Below are positions 1 through 13,200 of a stretch of DNA of 64,000 nucleotides, piece by piece. This DNA comes from Camelus dromedarius. Its lineage: Eukaryota. The stretch covers positions 115,012,001 through 115,076,000 of the forward strand of contig NC_087436.1 in NCBI RefSeq assembly GCF_036321535.1. Reading direction: 5' to 3'. Made by a program: the position numbers and the translations under genes. The notes under the pieces are model-generated. The model did no database searches. It was not told where the DNA came from and worked only from the letters and a program-made list of their open reading frames with translations. Position 1 is the stretch's first letter. Every line of letters starts with the position of its first letter.

Positions 1-1164
1 CAAATACATATACAGTAGTAGGACAACGACTGACATAAGGCACACAGAATTGCTAAGCACGGCGGCAGACATCAGACATGCATGGTCTCGTTTGATCCCC
101 AGAATGGCAAATCTTGGTTAGTACTTCTATTCTCATTCCACAGCTAAAGAAAAGGACTGGCAAGTCATATAACTAATACATACAGGGCCAGTAGGGACAG
201 GGGTATTTGTCCGATTCTAAAGCCTGAGCTCTCCTTGTGCCTAATTTACTCTCCTCCATGATCCTTGGTATAAAGGCCTTTTGGAGGCTTGAGATATGTC
301 ATCCACTAGGGAGACAAAGAGGGCTTAGAGGTGTAAGTCTCAAGAATGATGAGCATTTTGTGTTTAGCCTCTTTCAACAGTGGCACTGCTATCATTCATC
401 TTTGGCAGCTCATTCCACATGTGTGGCCATGGGCATGCGTTCAGCTGACCACACTGGTCAATGGGCTGTGACCACACAATGCACAGATGAAGTCAGAAGC
501 TCAAAGAAGTCTTCATCCATACAGGGGCCTCTCAGAAATGTTCTCAGTGACCACACCCTATCTATCTTCCCAAGTTTAATGGGCTGAGTTTAGAGAGTAT
601 CTTGGTCTGGCTCTAGCCTTCCATTCCTGCTTAATCATCCACTTTTCCAATCCTAGTTGTCCCCAAAAAACAGGACACATGGCTTGCTTATGTCTAGAAG
701 GAAAGGTAAAACATGTTCATAGTTAAATAAAACACAGGTAGAAAGTGCCAAGTGTGCCAAGAGCCAAGATAGCTGGAAGTGAAATGCTGGGATGTGTAGA
801 GCAGCAGATGGGATTCTCAGTTCTCTGAGGAGCTTTCAGAAGGAAGTGATGATTATGGTTGGCCTCATATTAAATATAAGTGAGATTTGGCTGCATGATG
901 ATTGTAAAACATGGGCAAAGGAAAAGACTGGCTAGATTGAAAGGCAAGAATGCCTAGTATCTTGAAGAGAACAGCAAGTGACTTCATTTGACTTGAGTAA
1001 AATGTCAGGAAGGAAAGAAGGGTGAGTTGAGATTTGATGTGTAAGCTTGGAATTGTCAGGTTGTCTTTTGGATTTTGGACTTCGTTGTGTTTGAAATGTG
1101 GAGTCATTTAAGGATTTGGGACAGAATAGTGACATCATCAAGGATATTCTTAGCAAAATAATAA

Positions 1165-1400
1165 TCTGATAGCTGTTGGTGAAATGGATTAAGCAGAAAG
1201 AGACTGCAGGCAAAGATCCAGCTTAGGAGGCCATCGTAATAGCTCCTGAAGGAGGTAATGATGACTTGACATAAAGCAGGAGCAGGAAGGAGAGTGGTAA
1301 GAAAATGAAGACCAAGCCTGTGATATAAGTAAAACCCACAGGGTATGATGGATTATGTGGGTTAAGGAAAGGAGCAGGAATCAGAGCTTGGTTAACTGGA
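1165..1400 (-). mobile_element. L2 LINE fragment, ancient
   Basis: Purine-rich 'ttaggaggccatcgtaatagctcc...gatgacttgac' resembles the antisense L2 body. Confidence 0.55.
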
Positions 1401-1404
1401 AGTA

Positions 1405-1890
1405 CAGATACACCAGCTAAGGCTCTTTGCAAGTAACAAGACATAAGCTGGCTCACTTTAGCAAAACATCTTTTTAAAAGATATGTATTTAAAGGATTTG
1501 AAGATGACTCATAGATTGGAAGGACACAGTAAGAGGAGGCTTTGGAAAGGACTGGAATGAGAAAACTCGAGGAAATAAAGCACGGTCTACTGAGACCACA
1601 CCCTTCAAGGTGAATCAGTTCGAACCATCGAGGACACTTGATCATCCCATTAGAGATCTAAATTCTGCAGAATTGGGGGAGGAAAAGGAAAGAAAAAGGG
1701 AAAGAGAGAAGGGAAGTCCAGTTGGATTGCATGTCTGTTCCCTGACCAGGAAGAGGGCAGGACAGCTTGACTGATAGACCTATCAAGATCGCATGTGATA
1801 GATGAGAGATAGTTTCCCAAAAAAAGACTTGAAGTGTTGCTGGTAGAAGGAGGGGTAGATGCTGACTAGCTGAAAACCAAGGATGTACAG
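1405..1890. mobile_element. Degenerate MaLR (MLT1-type) LTR
   Basis: 'ctctttgcaagtaacaagacataagctggctcactttagc' end and 'gattgcatgtctgttccctgaccagg' body resemble old MLT1 subfamilies. Confidence 0.4.
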
Positions 1891-1999
1891 CTCTGAGGGA
1901 TAAAAGTCATATAGAAGGCTCAGACTTCAGAGCTGAAAGGTGTGAAAACCACTGAAGGTCTCATTGTGTAGGTCATTAAAAGCAAGTGCACATAAAAAT

Positions 2000-2580
2000 G
2001 GCAGCATTGTGGCTTGTCTCTTGTTTAATTTTAAGAGAAATACCTCTGCTGGTTGGCGTAAATTATGTTAAGGAAGCATCTTTTTATTCCTAGTTTGCTA
2101 AAAGTTGTTCTCTGGGATGGTCATGACAAATTTCCAAATATATACCTGAGAGTGTTGTATTATTCTTTTATTACACCGTGGGCTAAATTTGTTGGACTTT
2201 TGTGAAGGTTTTAGCATCACACTCGTAAGTGACAGTGTCTATGCTTGCATTATTTTCCTCTTTAATTACAGACTCACATTGTTATGTTTTCATATCATGT
2301 TTATTCTGGTTTAGTGTAATAAAGTTCACAGTGCTCCTCTTTGCAGTCTCTAAGCCAGATTAAATATTGTATAAATTATGTGTAACTTTAACTTGAGAAC
2401 ATAGAGACATAAACCTGAATGAAATCAGAGCCTTTCAGGAGGTAATCTGTTTTATGCTTCTTTCTCTTATTTCATGGCTACTGGGCACTTTAGGCTTTCT
2501 CAGTCTTCTTGTGTAAGTTTTGATAATGTATATTTGTCTGAGAGAAAGTATGGGTTGTATCAAGGTGTACAAAAACTTTC
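2000..2580 (-). mobile_element. Ancient L1 ORF2 fragment
   Basis: 'ttaaggaagcatctttttattcctagtttgctaaaagtt' and a T-rich body typical of antisense L1M ORF2. Confidence 0.55.
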
Positions 2581-3049
2581 AGTTACAGAGTTATTGAGAT
2601 ATAAAATAAGAAGAACATTTGAGAAGATAATTAAAAATGTATAGAGTTTGGAGGGAGGTGTCAAATTTGTAGAGTTTGGTTGAGATTGGGAAAATCAAGA
2701 ATAAAAAGCAGGTAGAGGAGGGTGCTTGGGTTAAGTTAGGAGGTTCCGGTATTTGGGACTGATGCACTAGACCTGGTTGGCTGTTTGGAATTAGAAGAGC
2801 TTGCAGAGAATCAAAATGATAGATAGTCAAGGAGAAACACCAAGAGTAGAGTCAGGAAATGGGGACCTGGATACCAGAATTAAATGAAATCAAGGAAGTC
2901 AGAAGCCGGGAAAACAGAAGTGACCCTGGATGTGATGGGCAGAATGGCAGGTAATCAAGAACCAAGATCCTGGGTGCTAAGAAGGTTCTGCAGAAATATT
3001 TCGGTGTCCTGTGGTTCTGTGACATAGCAAGATGGACACGAAGAAATGG

Positions 3050-3500
3050 TGTATTAGTCATGATTCTTTTGATTTTAAAAAACAGAAACCAAATTAATCA
3101 AAGAAGATGGATTGGCTCATGTGACTCAAAGCTATTCAAGGGTTGAGACTATCCAAGGAAGAATTCTTTTCCTCTTTCTTCATCTCTTGTTTCTGCTTTC
3201 CATTGTGTTGACTCCCTTCTAAGGCAGGCTATCTCCATGGGGTATTAAAGATAACTACGTAAGTTCCAGGCTGCCTTAGTTCTTGTCTGTGTAATCTTAA
3301 AGGTTGTAACTATACCTTTTCCAGATTGTTGCACAAAATTCTCAGGGGAGATTTTGATTGGCTCTGCTTTAGTCATTTAGTCATTTAGTTACTCTTGAAT
3401 CAATGCTGTGGCCAGGCAGATAGGTCTACTCTGATTGGCCAAGCCTGGTTCACATGTCCAACACTGAAGTGGGGAATGAAAAGTGTAGGAGGGTTGAGAT
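3050..3500 (-). mobile_element. Degenerate MaLR (MLT1-type) LTR
   Basis: Starts 'tgtattagtca...aacagaaacc'; contains 'ctctgattggccaagcctggttcacatgtcc'. Confidence 0.5.
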
Positions 3501-3768
3501 GAGCAGACCCCCCCAAACAGATATGTAGAAAGATAGGAAGATAGATTCATATATAAATGGGATGAGAGAATGAATGGAATAGATAAAAGCAGTAGGGAAA
3601 TTCTGTGATTTGATTAGTTGAGAAATTGACTGGAACAGAGTAAATCACGAGTAATTTAAGACTAGGAAGTTAAGCCCTATCACAGAATTTCTTGAATGCC
3701 TGGCAAAGGTGTTAGGTGTTATTATTTAAGCTATAAAGAACCACCAAAGATACTTGAATAGGCAAGTA

Positions 3769-4376
3769 TGTCATGAATAGGTTGGCTAAAAAGGTGGCCA
3801 CCAGTCATTCCTCCCATTCTTGTATATGCATGCTGTTCCTCCCATGAAAAAACAGTTTACTTCCCCAACACCTGAATCTACCTACTCTTATGATTTGTTC
3901 CAATCAATATATTGTGGTAGAAATGAAGTTCTGGGACTTCTAAGCATAGGTCTTAAGAGGACTTACATTTTTCAGCTTTGCTTGGAGGGAGAACACATGC
4001 TTTGTAAAGTGGTCCAGGCTGTCCTGCTAGAGAAAGAAGTCATGAGAGAAAGAAAGACTAGGAGGAGAAGAACCAAGGCATTTCTGCCAACACCCAGCAC
4101 CAAAACTGCAGACGGAAGGGCAGCTGTCAGGGACCTTCCAGCCCCAGTCAAGTCTCTTGAGGTGACACCTTAAAAAGAGAGAGACCCAGATTTCCCAGGG
4201 AGTCCTAATCCTTTGGAGCCATCCCAGCTAAAGCCCCAGTCGCCGCAGAGCAGAGATGAGCCTTCTTGCTGAGTTCTGCTTGAATTCCTGACTCAGAATT
4301 ATATGCAAATTAAATGGCTGTTTTAAACCATTAAGTTTAAAGATGCTTTCCTTACAGAGCAATAGATAATTATATC
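3769..4376 (+). mobile_element. MaLR MLT1 (H/G/F-like) solo LTR
   Basis: 3' end 'tgaattcctgactcagaa...gctgttttaaaccattaagttt...gcaatagataat' is characteristic of MLT1. Confidence 0.7.
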
Positions 4377-4889
4377 TAATCATAAGCAAATGATATATCC
4401 TGTGAATAAAAGCAACCTGAACAATCTTATTAATGAGAATGGGAGAGAATGAAACAGCAGGTTTTACTGTCATAGCGCAACATAAGGTGATAAAATCCTG
4501 AACTGGGGTAATGTCATGGGCAAGTTAACTGAACAAGCTCGTCTCTCTTGCTGGTGAGTCTTTAACTAGGCTGTCTTATCCATCTCTGGATTCCTAAAAC
4601 CATATCATGTCTGGGAGATAGTAGGTGACCTGTGTAGGTAAACAAATTAATTAATAAAATTTGTTTTACCTTTCTCTGTCCACTTCATCATCCTCTAATA
4701 GTGGAGAATATAAAAACAAGAGCTAAATACAAATACATATACACTTATATTTGCTCTATAAGAGTCCTAATTATTCTTGTAAAGGTTTTAATGGGAATAA
4801 ATCAAAATGTAGGCAAGAATAATAAGTACAGTATCCAGATTTGTGGGGTTTTTGTAATCTCCAAATTGTATCTTGCTTCTGGGAAAGAT

Positions 4890-5105
4890 GGTGAATGGTA
4901 GGGGCATTGGTGAGAGGATTTAGATCTGTGTCCTTAGATCTGTGTCCATGTATCTGCTCTCCATTAACTAGATATGTGACTTCAGATAAGTGACGTAACC
5001 TCTCTGTGCCTCATCAGCATGATGATTCTATATTTTGTGGGGATTGCTGAAAGAATTAAATGAAGGGCACTGGTAAATAAAACTAGACACACCTGGCACA
5101 TCCCT
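4890..5105 (+). mobile_element. MIR SINE
   Basis: Core 'tgtgacttcagataagtgacgtaacctctctgtgcctca' and tail 'aattaaatga'. Confidence 0.7.
4920..4947. repeat. Perfect 14-bp tandem duplication (ttagatctgtgtcc)x2
   Basis: Read directly: 4920-4933 equals 4934-4947. Confidence 0.95.
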
Positions 5106-6659
5106 CATTTGATAATTACATTGCTGATACATACTTTCATTTAAGCTTTTTATTTTTTACTTAGGTTTTTTTTTTTCTCATATATTAGGAAGTAGAGGAG
5201 CCCATTTTTAATTAATCCTTTGGACTACATTTCCATGGCTGCCTTAAGTAACTGAGTAGAATCTTAGACGCATGAAATAATGACCCAATTTAAGTTGCTG
5301 TATTTTTGTAAAGCACTGGAAAAGAGGAAAGCACTTCAAAGTAATTAACATGAACATGCTCAATTACGTTTCTGTGTAGCATGCCAACACCACTGCCTGG
5401 AAATTCTGAAATTTGGAATCGCAGACTCCCCCATCACTAGTGCCCCAAGGTCCTGAGCTAGCCCCCTCTCTTCTCTCAAGATGGTCTTTTAGAGAATTAT
5501 TAAGTATTAAAAGGTTAAAAACTAAGAAAACAGTAGCAAAGAGGGGTAAAAAAGCTCTCCCATCAGGCCAATGGGTGGAAGGGTAGGGTCACTGAATGTA
5601 GCCTTATTTCTGCTGGCCATGTTTCTTTCCTACCCAAGCTCCAAAGTAAGCGGACTGTGTAAGCGGGAATGAAATACACAACCCCCTTGTGACTGTGAGC
5701 AGCAAAGCATTCTCCGTTTGTGGTTTTCTTCAAATGAGGCTGCTTGGAATATGTGTTTGAAAACACTGAGACTCTTTATTAATCAAGCACTTCACTTACC
5801 CTGCCAGCATAACGTTTCATTGATGTCAAAATTCCCTTAAAAATGGTTTTGGAGCCACTTCTTGTACACAGACTTCAACAGAAGAAATATTTTTGGAATT
5901 GTAAATAGAATAATTGAGGCAAATATTTGCCCATTTGGAAAGCTTCTGTAATGGCTTTAATTTTCAGTTGCATTTTAAATATGTAGATCTGGGCATTGGT
6001 GCTAGTTACCAGGGGCAAGAACGAAGCATACCCCAAGATCCGGACTTCCCTCTGAGTGTTAAGATATAAAATGAGTAGACAAATGGGTCAGAAGAGAGAT
6101 ATGAAAAATTGTTTTGAGAAGCTATATTAGATTCCAGCCTGGTGCAAGCAGTGATTAAAGGGATTAACCTATTCAAAAAAAAAAAAAAAAAGATATGCCA
6201 ATCAGAAAGGGGCTTGTGTGCAGACGCTAAGGAAAAGGAGAGTCATAGAGACAAGCATCAAGGATGCTTTCCCAGGAGGTGTGCTGAACAGCAGATACTC
6301 AGGCCCCAAGACACAACCTACCAGGACCTAGGCAGGAGCAGGTCCATCCTAATTATACAGGTGGTTACATCAGAGAACTGCTGTCAGGCAAGTGCTAAGA
6401 TATTTGAATTATATAAGAAATACCCCTATTATATTTGCATGTACTTGACAGTCTGTTTTCCCTTTGAAAGTCTTCTTGTTAGGAAGCGATACACATCCAG
6501 GTTGCTTGGGAATTCTGGTATGAGTTATGGTAGAACATCTCCTTGTAGATGCATCGATAGGCATCCTGTGTTTCATAAATCCCTGCGAGCTCCCAAGAGT
6601 GTGCCTTCCCAAAGAGATGGATCTACTCTCTGTGTATTGGCAAATCAGGATTCTAGGCC

Positions 6660-6885
6660 TGCAGAGTGAGGGCTAGAGCTTGGGCCCTGGTAAATCCAAT
6701 CCACGCAGCTGATTCTCTCCACAAAGTGTAGCCTTGAGCACGTTAACCACTTCAAGGCTTATTTTTCCCATCCTATGGGGAAGTGAGACTCATTCTTCAA
6801 GTTCACTGAGATGTTTTGAGACATTATTGGTGGCTGACATGTTCCCAAAGTTCCTTTCTGCTCTGAAGTTATATGATGCTCTACA
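6660..6885 (+). mobile_element. MIR3/MIRc-like SINE
   Basis: MIR core-like 'gccttgagcacgttaaccac' with L3-like tail 'ttcctttctgctctgaagttatatgat'. Confidence 0.5.
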
Positions 6886-8779
6886 TGAACATCTTTGGGA
6901 TGTCGACCAGCCTATGACTCTGCTCTGACAACAGCCCACCTCTCACGCAGGGTGGTGATTCCTGTGCCCACATTTAGGTTTTCTGACTGCTTTTCTCTAT
7001 GGATGAGGACACTTGATTCGAGGGAAATAATATTGGGTCCATCAATTTCTTTCACCAGAAATGCTGTGTGGGTCACAATGGCTCCAGCCAAACTCTATGG
7101 ATTATCTTAACTGGTGGGACATGTAGACTAGGGTGTCTGCTTCAAGACTACACAGTTACTTACTTCACAGTTGCATGGAAGCCATACACAAAGAGAGATG
7201 AATAGATCAAGAAGCAGAGATTTAAAAAACACAAAAATAAAATGGTGACAACAACAAACTATGTGGTGGCAGAACGACGGAGATGGGGAGATTAGGGGTC
7301 TCGATCCTGAATGTTTCCCTTTCATTGACCTCAACAGCTTATGAGGCCCAGTTACCTTCTCTACACCGATTTTCCGTAAGACATTGCTTTTATTTGTCCA
7401 ATAATCCCAATGATCTCCCAACCCCCATGAAGGGAAGCTGTTTTGAGTGGGTTTTGGTCACATGACAGCCAACACAACTCTGTCCTGTGATCACGAGAGG
7501 AGAGGCAAAGAGCGTACTCTGTGTGGCAACTTGTGGAGAGAGGGCGGGGTAATCAGCCTGCAGAAAAGAGCTGGGGAGTCATCTCTCCTTCATGGGAAGG
7601 CTGGTGACTTGATTCCAGATGCTGCCTCTCAGAAGCCGTCTCTCTTCAAACACGTTTCTGAGGAGCTGCTGAAAAACCCAGGTGTTGGGCTCCTGGTGCC
7701 TTTGAAAAAGGCCAGTGTTGCTGTAACAGGTGCGGCTGAAGCCTGCCTCCTCATGGCAGGCGCGTCTGTTGTTTGTCTCCCAGCGAGCACTTCGCACCAG
7801 GGCGGGCAGACGCGTTCTCCTTCTCCTGGTGCTTGTTCAGGTGCGTTTTTGCAGAGGCAGACACTCTGAGCCTGGCTGTGGCCTGAGGACACGATGACAC
7901 TGCGCTGCGTCAGTTGTCAGGGCCCTCTCAGGAGGGCCCGAGGCCAGGAGCTTCGTGTGGAAAGGGATGAGCTGGTGGCGGGGACGTCCATAGAGGCCTG
8001 TACTCAGAACTCTGACATTCAGGGCAGAAGGAGGAAGTCCTCAGAGGGACCAGCTCTGTCTTTCTGAGCTTTCCTCAACCAACTGGGTGGGGACCCTGTT
8101 GAAGACCTTCCCTGCAAACATCTCTGGAAGGAGACAACCTGGTGAGGTGGACTGAGGGCTGGAGAGTAGACTGGGAACAGGACTGAGGTCCATAACCTCG
8201 GGGGAATCTGATCGCAGGCCAGCTGAGCCACACCTTTCAGCTTCAGAAGCCTCACCTGTAAAATAGGAGCCCTGTGATAATGGAAAGAAAAGGTGATACA
8301 AACTAAGACTGTGCAATACTCTCAAAACATCCTTTTAATGACTCTAATTTCTCTATTAGTAAATCATCCACAACTGATTTTCTGCTGGTGACTAAGATTG
8401 TCCTTTGATGAGTCACTGCTGTTTCATAAATATGATCTCAAAGGGTTCCTGGCATTTTTGTTATGATAACCCAGAAATCTGACCCTCTGTTCTTTTATAT
8501 TCATTTTGAGGGTACATCGACTCACTCCCTTAATTCTAATGCAGTATAGATCTTGGGATGAGATAATAATAATTGCTATTATTTGTTGAATTTCTATTAG
8601 ATACTAGATACAATACATGCATTATTATTAATCCTCCCAGCAGCTCTTTGAGGGAGATGCTACAGTTATCTGCATTTATTTTTTTAATTAAAAAAAAAAA
8701 AAAGGAAAACAAGCCACAGAGGAGGTCAGTAACTTGGGTCACTCAGATACTAAATAACAGGGATAAGACTCAAGTCAGT

Positions 8780-9760
8780 AGAGAGACAGGGAAGGGAGAC
8801 TTGGAGGCAAGTAAAAAGGTACAAACTTCTACTTATAAGATAAGGCACTAGAAATGCAATGTGCAACATGGCGACTAGAGTTAACACTGCTGTATGGTAG
8901 ACAGGAACGATGCAGGAAACAGATGTGGAGCGTGAGGAGGGCAGTGTCCCAGGCTTCAACTGAGCCCTTTGGATATGCCCCGCCAAGTGTGGGTCCTTGG
9001 CTTCGTGCAGGAAAGAATTCAAGAGTGAGCCACAGTTGAGTAAAGGTAAATTTATTTAGAATACATCAAAAGGCAAGAGAAAGGTAAAGAGAAAGGTCAC
9101 AAGGTGCGGGGATTGGGTGCTTGGACTAGAGCAAAAGTAGGTACACACTCCAGAGACAGAGTGCGGGCCATCTCCAAATAAGGAAAGAGAGAAAGCCCAT
9201 GGGGGGCAGTGTTGCCAGTTTTTATGGGCTCAGTGGCTTTATATGCTAATAAGTGGAAGGACCAGTCTATCCAGCCTGGGGAAGGGGCTGGGATTCCCAG
9301 GAAATTGGCCATTTCCCACCCTTTGACCTTCTGTGGCCAGCCTTGGGACTGTCATGGTGCCTGTGGGCATGTTATTCACCATGTTAATATGTTACAGTGA
9401 GCATATAATGAAGTGCAAGGAAGTCAAATCTCCTATCATCTTGAGCCTCAAGGCCTCCTTGGGTTGAATCTTTCGCCCTTCTGGTGTTAATTGTTGTGTT
9501 ATTCCTCGAATGGCTGTCCCTTGCTCCCTTCCTGTCTCAGGAACGTTGTTAAGAGAGTAAATCCTAAGATTTCTCATCACAAGAATGCGTATCTTTTTCT
9601 TTTCTCTGTGTTGTATCTATATGAGATGAATGGTGACAACATATTGTGGTCACCATTTCACAACACATATAATTAAACATCACACTGAATCCTTAACCAT
9701 ATACAATGATATATGTCAATTATTTTTCAACAAAATAGTTTAAAAAAGAAAAAAAAAGAC
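8780..9760 (+). mobile_element. L1 3'UTR fragment (L1MA9-like), split by an ERV1 LTR
   Basis: 'aaggtacaaacttctacttataagata...ttaacactgctgtatgg' continues after the LTR as 'gttaagagagtaaatcctaag...' and ends in an A-rich tail near 9740-9757. Confidence 0.75.
8908..9539 (-). mobile_element. ERV1-class solo LTR
   Basis: Termini (c)gatgcagg...tgtctca; 4-bp TSD ggaa (8904-8907, 9540-9543); tttatt (polyA signal on -) near 9051; interrupts a continuous L1 3'UTR. Confidence 0.85.
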
Positions 9761-10409
9761 TTAAGCCAGAATTTCTCAACTCCAAGTATGAAGTTTACTT
9801 CCCTGCTATGTACAATGTGATGGAGATTGAGTCGCCATGAGGATATTGGATACATAAAATAGTAAAAGAAGAACAATGATGAAGAGGGGCTGGGATTGGG
9901 AGGAGGTGGGAGAACGAAGTGGTGTTGAATGGGCTCAGAAATCAGATGCTTCTGGAATGCAACCATGCAGTTAGTTTAAAGCCCAGGGTCCCAAGGCCGT
10001 CCCAAATTCAGAGGCTGGGTGGTGATTGTAAGGGTCTCGCTCAATGGAGAGATCACACAAGCAAGATTCCTGGTTGTCAGTGGTTAATGTTACATGGCAG
10101 AACCATGTTGGCATACTGAGAGATGTGTCCCAGCAGGATAGCACCTGTCACCTCGGCACCTGGAGACCATAATTAATTTCTTGGGGAGGTAAAAGGGCAA
10201 CAGCAAAGATTTGATGGTCATGAAAGCCTCATATACTAGAGGGACATTGAGTCCATGACACAGTACTTGAACATGGTGCCTGTACCTACTGGCTCCATAA
10301 GAACTCGACCCTTGGAGGGAGGGCTCACCACCATTGCTTCCCACCATAGATAATGTCCTTACCACCACCATTCCTTCTGACTCAGAGAAAGAGAGAGTCA
10401 GGTGGAAAG

Positions 10410-10725
10410 TTTAGTTCAATTCAGTACAACAAATATTTATGGAACACACCTCTGTGCCAGGCACCATGCTAGGCACAGGGATACAAAGATGAATAAGATA
10501 CAGTCCTTACCAGAAATGGCAAGTACAGGGCACATGTGCGGCCGCTTCCTCATCCTTCACCTAGGCAGACATCATTAATCAATCACCACGCTCCTTCCTA
10601 CTGAGTCTGCACCTGGCCTCGACTCCTCCCAACGGGCAGCCACTACCCATCAGTAGGAGATGCCGTGTGGGCTGCGATGTGCTAGCCCTCCTGCTTTAAT
10701 AAGCTTTTAGTCTTGGGAAGGGAGA
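10410..10725 (-). mobile_element. L2 3' end, split by a hAT MITE
   Basis: 'caacaaatatttatggaacacacctctgtgccaggcaccatgctaggcacagggatacaaagatgaataagatac' is the classic antisense L2 terminus. Confidence 0.8.
10511..10693. mobile_element. hAT-Charlie MITE (MER117-like)
   Basis: 'cagaaatggcaagtac...ggcagacatcattaatcaatcac...ggcagccactaccc...cctg'; family name from recall. Confidence 0.6.
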
Positions 10726-12471
10726 GGGGCTGAGAAGTTTCCTTATGTGTATTAGATTGTATGGTTCAAGTTCAAGGTAATAGAGAAAAAACTTGAGGAA
10801 GCCTGGGGTCTTAAAAAAAAAAGGTCACATTTCTTCTACATGTCTTATTGTAATTATTTTAAAGCGGGTGCAGATTTCTGTTAATAAAGACATGGCATCT
10901 TTTGGGAAGCATTTTCACTTAAGTGTGGAGTTATCCTCATCAGAAAGGACTTATTTTAACATACAGCTTCAAGCAAAATTAAAATCCAGAAACAGTTTAA
11001 AAAGAGTACAAACTCTTGCAAGAACTGCAATGTATCTACCCCAGGGGTCGTAAGAATGTGCTAAGCCCTCACTGCCAGTTCTTCTGCAGCCAAAAACATC
11101 AAGCAGCTAAGAACTCCTCAGGGAAGGCAGGGTGGTGAATGGGGACCTATTATAAAATACACATCTTCAAGAGAACAAGAATTGCAGGTAACTTCAACTC
11201 TTCTCTAAATCGAGTGGAGGTAATAGAACTCCTCTCTGTGGACACTAAGAAGGCTTGCTTGTTCTGTGGCTTTGGCCATTTCTACTTAATTTATGTTTTT
11301 AATTTTCTGGAAAGAGCCCAGAGGAGCCCACTGCCCGACGGAGTACATGATACAGGTTTGGTAAACACAAATTAAAATAAAATAAAAACGCTCTAGTGCC
11401 TCTGGTCACATCCAAAAACAGAATTAAAAGACTCTAAATCCTAGGGTAAGAATGACCCTTCAATTCATCTTAAAAGGCAAAGTGCAAGGGAAGAAAGGTG
11501 GGCAAAGGGAGAAATGAGAGAGGGCATTATGACAGGTTATAGCATTAGGCACGGCTGAACTAGACTTAAACGTTGGCGCAGCCAGCCTTCCTGAAGAGGG
11601 AACGTTACAGCTGTGCAAAATCTGGATTTCACAGCGAGAAAAAAATCAAACATAACACTTCTCACTCTGAATCACTTTACCCAAAAGAGGGTTTTGAATT
11701 GAGACCTTTATTACTGCCAATAACTGAGTTTACCTAAATAATCTCTAGCACTTTGGAAAGTGGGTAAGTCCACACCGCTGTTCGGTGCATAAAATAAAGA
11801 GCAGGAATGGTGTCCTAGGGAAACCTTTTCTTCCCCTGAACTTAAAAAATTTTTTTCTCCTGCTTCACCCTTTCATATCTAGAAGAACCAGTCATGAAAA
11901 GCGTGGACTATGGAATCATGGAAATGTTGGCTTATTAACACGTATTTTTGTGTGCACTGCCTTCGGGCTAAATGCAGACTTTCATCCTTGGAAAAGGTAG
12001 GGCATGACACTTAAACTTACTCTATTTCAAATAGCATCCACAGAGACATCCCAGACCCTCAAGAACCTTGCATCTGTACTCAGAGTTGTGTTTAAGCAAA
12101 CAGACATTTAGAATTCCATTTGAATGACTCCAAATGTAGTGAGCAGCTGCTAAGAACAAAGCCTTATGTGTGATCTACTGTGAGGCTGAATAACATTGAA
12201 AGTACCCCTACAAAGTCCTAGTCTGTGTGTGCCATCCTTCTCACTGGAATTATGTGTGGTCTCCCAAAGTGAAACTTTCACTCTGGTTGTACAACAGATT
12301 TACACTGTCAGCAATAAATAACGTTCAGCAGCCTCTGGGTGCATTTGTGCTGAGACAATTCTAATGGTTAAAATGAAAGCAAACACTTTAGAAGTTTCTA
12401 CTGTGCTCCAGCCTCTGTCTTATATACTTATGTCAACTAACTTAATCCTCACAACAATGTCAAGTGGTCAT

Positions 12472-12902
12472 TGTATCAGTTTCCTAATACAAATGATCGC
12501 AGCCTGGGTGGCTTAAAACAACAGAAAAGCATTCTTTCACAGTTGTGGGGGTTAGAAAGTCCAAAATCAGGGTGTCAGTCAGGCTGGTTCCTTCTGGAGT
12601 CTCAAAGGGAGAATCTGTTCCATGCCTCTCTCCTAGCTTTGGGTGGCTGCCAGCTACCCTTGGCATTACTTGGCTGGTGGCTGAACTCCAATTCCTGCCT
12701 CTGTCTTCACATGGCCTTTCCTTCTGTGTGTCTCTGTCCCTTCTCTTTTTCTGTGTCTTAAAAGATGGTCACCAGTGGATTTAAGGCCATACTAATCCAG
12801 GATGATTCCATCCAGAGACTGTTAATTTAATTACATCTGAAGGTTCTTAATTCCAAATAAGATTACATTCCAGGTAGTTATGTATTTGGGGAGCCCACTA
12901 TA
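12472..12902 (-). mobile_element. MaLR MLT1C/D-like solo LTR inserted in a MIR
   Basis: 'tgtatcagtttcct...ctgggtggcttaaaacaacagaaa...tccaaaatcagggtgtcag'; MIR halves on both sides. Confidence 0.85.
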
Positions 12903-13200
12903 ATTAATGTTGTCATTCCATAGATGAGAAAATAAAATCTGTTTTAAGTAGGTCACAGAGGTTACAGAGGAGGCAGTAGAGAAAAATTAAGCCTTAAGGC
13001 CAAGTATCAGAAACCAGAGGCTCCGATCTTCAGGACCACAGTGTCACATCACTCTGTTCTGCTATATTCTCTTTCTCCCGTTTCACGGCGGGGGAGCAAA
13101 CCACCAGGTATGGTGCCAACCAAACTCTGCAGTTCCATGCAGTGTGATGAAATGAACTTAGTGTGAGAATTAACAAATCTGGAGAATACAAGGGGTGGAC

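Noticed and set aside
7447..7892. Overlapping 140/87/72-aa ORFs as a coding exon
   Set aside because: No recognisable homology or convincing splice-site pair; explained by local GC content
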